Shown here piece by piece: positions 58,516-64,000 of a stretch of DNA of 64,000 bases (its first letter is position 1; each line of letters starts with the position of its first letter). This stretch comes from an uncultured Bacteroidales bacterium (GTDB lineage: Bacteria > Bacteroidota > Bacteroidia > Bacteroidales > JAGOPY01). The notes below the pieces were generated by a model. That model was not told where the DNA came from, did not search any database, and saw only the letters and a list, made by a program, of their open reading frames with translations. The translations under genes were made by a program, and so were the position numbers. The stretch covers positions 2,484,458-2,548,457 of the forward strand of contig CAVPBC010000002.1 in NCBI GenBank assembly GCA_963701785.1. Reading direction: 5' to 3'.

Positions 58516-59294
58516 ATGAAACATTCTCTTAAAATCTTTGCCGTGCTTTTCATGACTTATCAAGTGATAAATGGTTCATGTTCTCTTATCGCACAACAAA
58601 ATACCATACAATTAGATGATTACAGGGAGCCATTCCTTGGGGATTTTAAAGGCACGATAATTTCGCATGAATGGGATGTTTACCATCCGGATGAAAATGA
58701 TACGATAGAAGGTTTAATAAATGTGTCAAAATTCCTGGGTTATACGGTTCAATCCGGGTCTAATTATATTGATATTGAACATAAGACTGGAATTACATAC
58801 GCCCCTTATTCTGCCGATTATGATGATTCCCAATGTGGCTGGACAATTTATTATACGGATGGCTTTTTGCACCCGACCATCAATAGTGCCGGGATATTAA
58901 CCTATCCTGAACTTACCGGTTGTGCAAATGGCAATTTAAACGGATATTGCGATGGCGACAGCATCTCCGTTGTCTACGGCAACTATAACCAGTGGGGAGG
59001 GTTCCGGATCATAATCAGGGGGAAAAGGGCTTCTTCAATCATTCATGATCCGGAATTGACTGAACCAGAACTTAAAGTATTCCCGGATCCCTGCACAGTT
59101 GAATTGTCAATATCTGGAGTAGATGTGCCTGCTGATTTTACTATTTCGGATATTGAGGGCAATATTTATATCTCAAAGAATATACGGGAAATAAAGTAAA
59201 TGTCTCTCCACTGACCCCCGGGCTATATTTCTTAAGGATTAACGATGGTGTCCAATATAAAACAGTTAAATTCATTAAAGGCAGTTCCAACTAA
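58516..59294 (+). CDS. Secreted hypothetical protein with T9SS C-terminal sorting domain, one frame break near 59190
   Basis: Signal MKHSLKIFAVLFMTYQVINGSCS. CTD begins VFPDPCTVELSISGVDVPADFTISDIEGNIY and continues in another frame: NVSPLTPGLYFLRINDGVQYKTVKFIKGSSN-stop. Confidence 0.6.
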
Positions 59295-59423
59295 GTCTGT
59301 CTATCAAATTTCTATGGGACAAATCTAAAGGTCGGATTAACATAAAATAGATGTAGCTAAGACTTTTGATACACCTTCAGCACCAATAAAATGGCTACAG
59401 CCTCCTGGTTCATTTGATTACCA

Positions 59424-59460
59424 TCTATTTCAACATTCAACATTCAACATTCAACATTAT
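59424..59460. repeat. Heptamer array (CAACATT x4 plus degenerate flanks) abutting the PspC-domain gene stop
   Basis: tctatttcaacattcaacattcaacattcaacattat; the stop codon 59457-59459 overlaps the last unit. Confidence 0.9.
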
Positions 59461-61040
59461 TTTCTTACAAGCCCCTCATTCGTCATGATGAACAACGTCC
59501 CGATCTTTTCACGGCGTGAAATATTTTTATGATATCCCATGAAAGGATGAAGATGGTCATCAAGACTTACAGCAATTCCTTCAGGAAGCTGCACCTCAAC
59601 GCGTGCTTCCTGTTTTCTCCATTTATCATCTTCTGGCACGACGAAACTGTCGGACAACAAAAGGGTGTCGTTTTTCATCTGCCAGTCATAGTTTATTCTC
59701 TCAGCTCTCTCCGTAGCCTCGTCTACAAATGCTCCCCTGGCCGCTGTAACAATTATCATCCGTGCCAGGCTGTCTTTACTGGGCTTGAATTTTAGCAGTG
59801 GAATACCGTAAAGCACGTTTTTATCATTGGTAACAGCCGTTCTCATTTCCGGGAAATAGAATACCCCGGACCTCTCCCATTCGAAATCTTCAGGGAGACT
59901 GCGGTCTACTTTGACATGTAATGTATCATGACTGATGACCTGCAAAATTGATTCCCTGCTGAATTCTCCGGGCACCCGAAATGAGTTGGCAACTTTAAAC
60001 CCGAATACCAGCGTGATAACCAGGGCGCAGAGCCAGATTATGCCAGCTATCCCGTTGATGAATTTTGCCCGCGGAAGGTTAAAGATAAGCCGGATACCGG
60101 CCCAAAGCATCATAAGCAAGGGTATCCCCGCAAGAACCATCATGCCTGTGGCAAAGGTGCGTAAATCGGCATCATTGCCAAAAATCCTCTCTGTGACTGA
60201 ATAAAGCGGGAATGCCTGCAGGCCGGCATCTTCCATCATTGCAACTACCGGGAAGCGGAATAATATCGACAGGTAAGCTATTGTTAAGGCAATACCCACC
60301 AGCAGGATCAAAATCCCCACGAAAATAAGCAGGATTCTCAGCAGCACTCTCCCAACTTCACCGAGACTATCGAGGAACTGGTCCCGATGATTGCTTTTAA
60401 ATTCCTCTTTCTGTGTCCGGTAGGTTGCCTTTGCCTTCGATGTGAAGTCGCTGATCTTATTTTTAATCTGATGCACCTCCTCACCTATTGATTTCTCGAT
60501 ATTGGAAATGTTGACCGGTTCTCCTTTCATTTCGAGCCTTTCGGCAGTAGTGCGTGCTTCCGGGACAACCAGCCAGAGGATCAGGTATACCAATACTCCG
60601 AACCCGGATATCAGAATGGAAATAATGAAAATGACCCTTACCCAAACCGGGTCCATGTTGAAGTAGGCACCCAGGCCGCTGCAAACCCCTCCGATCACTT
60701 TCCTTTCGGGATCCCGATAAAGCCTTTTCGGCATGCTGGCATAGGAGGGCTCATTCCCGCTTCCGGCGGATTCATCATCCATGGCAAAATCAGCCGGCTG
60801 ACCCAATATGGCAATCACTTCAGCGATGTCATCAATGGTAATTACTTCTTTACTGCCTGAGATCTTTTTTTGCAGGAGCTCGGCTATCCTGGCTTCAACA
60901 TCCGAGATCACTTCCTCTTTTCCTTCAAAGCCCCTGAAATGAGATTTGATGGCTTCAAGATAACGGTGAAGTTTTTCATAAGCATCCTCTTCAATATGGA
61001 AGACGAACCCGCTGATGCTGATTGTTAAGGTCTTTTTCAT
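59457..61040 (-). CDS. PspC-domain membrane protein (527 aa)
   Basis: RLYRDPERKVIGGVCSGLGAYFNMDPVWVRVIFIISILISGFGVLVYLILWLVVP is the PspC domain; further TM helices and a C-terminal extracytoplasmic region. Confidence 0.85.
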   Translation of the reverse strand: MKKTLTISISGFVFHIEEDAYEKLHRYLEAIKSHFRGFEGKEEVISDVEARIAELLQKKISGSKEVITIDDIAEVIAILGQPADFAMDDESAGSGNEPSYASMPKRLYRDPERKVIGGVCSGLGAYFNMDPVWVRVIFIISILISGFGVLVYLILWLVVPEARTTAERLEMKGEPVNISNIEKSIGEEVHQIKNKISDFTSKAKATYRTQKEEFKSNHRDQFLDSLGEVGRVLLRILLIFVGILILLVGIALTIAYLSILFRFPVVAMMEDAGLQAFPLYSVTERIFGNDADLRTFATGMMVLAGIPLLMMLWAGIRLIFNLPRAKFINGIAGIIWLCALVITLVFGFKVANSFRVPGEFSRESILQVISHDTLHVKVDRSLPEDFEWERSGVFYFPEMRTAVTNDKNVLYGIPLLKFKPSKDSLARMIIVTAARGAFVDEATERAERINYDWQMKNDTLLLSDSFVVPEDDKWRKQEARVEVQLPEGIAVSLDDHLHPFMGYHKNISRREKIGTLFIMTNEGLVRK

Positions 61041-61150
61041 TATATTGATATATTGTTAAATTGTTAGATTGTTATATTGTTCCAGTGTTCGTCTTCCACG
61101 TCCCATCAGTCTCCCAGTCTTCCAGTCTTACAGTCGTTACAGTCGTAGCG
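61041..61150. repeat. About 14-unit octamer array that morphs from TATATTGT to CAGTCTTC/CAGTCGTT, bridging the PadR stop and the PspC start
   Basis: tatattga tatattgt taaattgt tagattgt tatattgt tccagtgt tcgtcttc cacgtccc atcagtct cccagtct tccagtct tacagtcg ttacagtcg tagcggtc. Confidence 0.8.
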
Positions 61151-61480
61151 GTCTATCCCTTCAAGCAATCTCTCCACAGACTCCACCAATTCTGCCCAGT
61201 CCCGGGCCATACCGTCCAGCGCTTTCTGTCCGGATTCGGTTATACGGTAATACTTTCTGGGTGGTCCCTGGGTCGACTCTTCCCAGCGATAACTCAACAG
61301 GCCTTCGTTTTTCAACCTTGTAAGCAATGGATAGAGTGTTCCTTCGACAACGATCAGCTTTGCTTCTTTCAGTTTCTCAATGATGTTGGACGCATAAGCG
61401 TCTTCTTTCGAAACAATGGAAAGAATGCACAATTCGAGTACACCTTTCCGCATCTGGGCATTATTTCTTTCAAGATCCAT
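61106..61480 (-). CDS. PadR-family transcriptional regulator
   Basis: Start chosen at MDLERNNAQMRKG; LELCILSIVSKEDAYASNIIEKL...GTLYPLLTRLKNEGLLSYRWEES is the PadR winged helix. The last about 14 aa (RYDCNDCKTGRLGD) are encoded by the tandem array. Confidence 0.85.
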   Translation of the reverse strand: MDLERNNAQMRKGVLELCILSIVSKEDAYASNIIEKLKEAKLIVVEGTLYPLLTRLKNEGLLSYRWEESTQGPPRKYYRITESGQKALDGMARDWAELVESVERLLEGIDRYDCNDCKTGRLGD

Positions 61481-61576
61481 GATGCAAATATAATACATAT
61501 TTTAGTACTATGCAATACCATAGTACTAAATATTTTTAAATATTTTTAAAAATTTTGCTGTTTCCTTTGTTTTACT

Positions 61577-61584
61577 TACCTTTG
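61577..61584 (+). promoter_or_regulatory. -7 box TACCTTTG upstream of thrS
   Basis: Matches TAnnTTTG; 29 nt upstream of the ATG at 61614. Confidence 0.45.
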
Positions 61585-61613
61585 CACACAATTTTTGAAA
61601 AAATAAGGTTCAT

Positions 61614-63554
61614 ATGATAAACATCACATTTCCCGATCATTCGGTCAGGCAATTCCAGAAAGGGGTCACCGGGCTGGAAATTGCCCAGAGCATTTCAGAA
61701 GGGCTGGCGAGAAATGTGCTGGCGGCCAAAGTAAATGGCGAAGTCTGGGATGCAACGCGTCCCATTCATCAAGATTCGACACTCCAGTTGCTTACCTGGA
61801 ATGATACCGAAGGCAAGGCCACCGTATGGCATTCATCAGCACACCTGATGGCCGAAGCGATCGAACAGCTTTATCCCGGTGTGAAATTTGGCATCGGACC
61901 TGATATTGAAAATGGTTTTTATTACGATATCGATTTCCTGGATTATAAAATTTCAGAAGAAGACCTGAAGAAGATAGAGGAACGGATGCTGGCACTTGCA
62001 CGTGAAAAGCAGGTGTACAGGCGCCGGGAAGTTTCAAAAAACGATGCCCTTGATTATTTCACCAAAAAAGGCGATCCATATAAGATTGAACTTATTTCAG
62101 GCTTAAATGACGGCGAGATCACATTTTACGAATCAGGTACTTTCACCGACCTTTGCCGCGGGCCGCATATTCCCGATACTGGATTCATTAAAGCTGTCAA
62201 ACTGCTGAACATTGCCGGCGCTTACTGGCGTGGCGATGAGAAACGCCAGATGCTGACCCGTATTTATGGCATCACTTTCCCGAAACAAAAAGAACTTGAT
62301 GAATACCTTATTTTCCTGGAAGAAGCCAAAAAGCGCGATCACCGTACTTTAGGCAGGGAACTTGAGCTTTTCACATTTTCCCAGAAAGTAGGAGCAGGGC
62401 TGCCGCTCTGGCTTCCCAAAGGAGCCGAACTGCGGGAAAGGCTGGAGCAGTTCCTGAAGAAGGTCCAGCGCAAGGCCGGTTATGTTCAGGTCATTACCCC
62501 TCACATCGGAAATGTGGAACTATACCGCACTTCCGGCCACCTGGCCAAATACGGGAAAGATTCTTTCCAGCCGATCAATACACCTATTGAAGGGGAGCAG
62601 TTTTTCCTTAAACCGATGAACTGCCCGCATCATTGTGAAATATATAAGAGCAAGCCGAAATCATATAAAGATTTACCTCTGCGCATTGCCGAATTCGGAC
62701 CGTTTACCGTTATGAACAAAGCGGTGAGCTCCACGGACTGACACGGGTGCGTGGGTTTACCCAGGATGATGCCCATATTTTCTGCACCCCGGAACAGGTA
62801 AAAGATGAATTTAAAGGGGTGATCGATATCGTTATGCTGATCTTTAAAGCGCTGGATTTTAAAGATTTTACCACCCAGATTTCCTGCGTGACCCAGATAA
62901 CAAGGAAAAATATATCGGCTCTGATGAAAACTGGGAAAAAGCGCAGCAGGCGATCATTGAAGTCGCGCAGGAAAGCGGGCTTGAACTATGTGATCGTGGA
63001 AGGCGAAGCGGCTTTTTACGGCCCCAAGATGGACTTTATGGTCCGGGATGCCATTGGCCGGAAGTGGCAGCTTGGCACCATCCAGGTTGATTATAACCTG
63101 CCGGAACGGTTTGAAATGGAATATACCGGCAGTGACAATGAAAAACACCGCCCGATCATGATCCATCGGGCGCCGTTTGGTTCGATGGAACGCTTTGTCG
63201 CCGTGTTGCTGGAGCATTGCGCAGGAAATTTCCCGCTGTGGCTGACGCCTGATCAGGCAATAATACTGCCGATCAGCGACAAATTTCTGGATTATGCAAA
63301 AAATGTTATACATTTGCTGAAAAATTCCGAAATTCGCGCCCTCGTTGATGAACGCAGTGAAAAAACCGGCCGGAAGATCAGGGATGCGGAAATCAGGAAA
63401 ATACCCTACATGCTGATTGTAGGTGAAAAAGAAGAGGCAACCGGCTCAGTTTCAGTTAGAAAACATGGAGCAGGGTGATCTTGGGACTTTTTCAATTGAT
63501 GAATTTATCAGCCTGGTAAAAAATGAAGTTGAAGAATCATTGAAGGATCTTTGA
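61614..63554 (+). CDS. thrS: Threonyl-tRNA synthetase, about four frame breaks (62741, a compensated pair at about 62885-62985, and 63470)
   Basis: TGS domain [24 protein letters not shown], editing-domain [17 protein letters not shown], class II core [10 protein letters not shown] / [11 protein letters not shown] / [12 protein letters not shown] / [14 protein letters not shown], anticodon-binding tail ending ...EVEESLKDL. Confidence 0.9.
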
Positions 63555-63602
63555 TGGTTTTTAGATTATATAATGTTTAATTAAAATACAGGAGGAATAC
63601 TT

Positions 63603-64000
63603 ATAGCAACGTCATTTCCATTTAAAAGCAGGCCGCCGCGCCGCGAGATCAAGCCCAAGGAAGAACCATACAAAGTGAATGAGCTGATCAAAGCGCCGGT
63701 AGTCAGGGTGGTCGGGGAAAATGTCCAGATCGGAATTTATAACATAAAGGAAGCGCTACGCCTGGCTGAGGAGCAAGACCTTGACCTGGTGGAGATATCA
63801 CCAAGCGCCAATCCACCGGTTTGTAAAGTGGTTGATTATAAGAAGTTTCTTTACGAAAAGAAGAAGAAACAGAAGGAAATCAAGGCAAATTCAGCCAAGA
63901 TCGTGGTGAAAGAGATCAGGCTCGGCCCGAATATCGATGATCACGATTTTAATTTCAAGATGAAACATGCCATGAAGTTCCTGGAAGAGGGTGCCAAAGT
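63603..64000 (+). CDS. infC: Translation initiation factor IF-3 (5' part; runs off the right edge), probable non-canonical ATA start
   Basis: [70 protein letters not shown]...[28 protein letters not shown]. The frame opens at 63585 with no ATG/GTG/TTG before 63675. AGGAGG at 63590-63595. Confidence 0.85.
   Translation, partial: MATSFPFKSRPPRREIKPKEEPYKVNELIKAPVVRVVGENVQIGIYNIKEALRLAEEQDLDLVEISPSANPPVCKVVDYKKFLYEKKKKQKEIKANSAKIVVKEIRLGPNIDDHDFNFKMKHAMKFLEEGAK

Overview
The window looks like chromosomal DNA from a Bacteroidota-type organism. Evidence: several proteins end in T9SS C-terminal sorting domains, TAnnTTTG -7 promoter boxes sit upstream of genes, and there is a type III glutamine synthetase, a fused E1 alpha/beta dehydrogenase and a FISUMP-domain protein. 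Most of the content is housekeeping (thrS-infC, dnaB, sucC, pcm, glnN, mnmD, three tRNAs, a gmhA-hddC-gmhB heptose cluster). There is also a ~10 kb run of large secreted or T9SS-cargo proteins (23.9-34.4 kb) and a 1365-aa TPR-like protein containing eight near-identical 180-bp tandem repeats. I found no rRNA, CRISPR array, transposase, integrase or reverse transcriptase. The only defence-type gene is a stand-alone OLD-family (YbjD-like) nuclease. About 40 frame breaks hit essential and non-essential genes alike, which suggests indel errors in the assembly rather than real decay. The one possible exception is a much more fragmented ORF at 1.0-3.7 kb. The most interesting unexplained structure is a family of at least 13 short tandem arrays with 7-8 bp units. 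Each locus has its own unit, and units drift by single-base steps along an array. Most arrays sit directly against stop codons or tRNA 3' ends, some supply the stop codon or the last residues of a protein, and one lies inside a CDS as a G-quadruplex-type tract. They resemble the STRR heptamer repeats of heterocystous cyanobacteria. A second unexplained feature is a ~350-bp noncoding element at 23.6-23.9 kb with inverted ends and nested GGGAGGGG/CCCCTCCC blocks. All calls come from reading the sequence and ORF track by eye. No searches were run.
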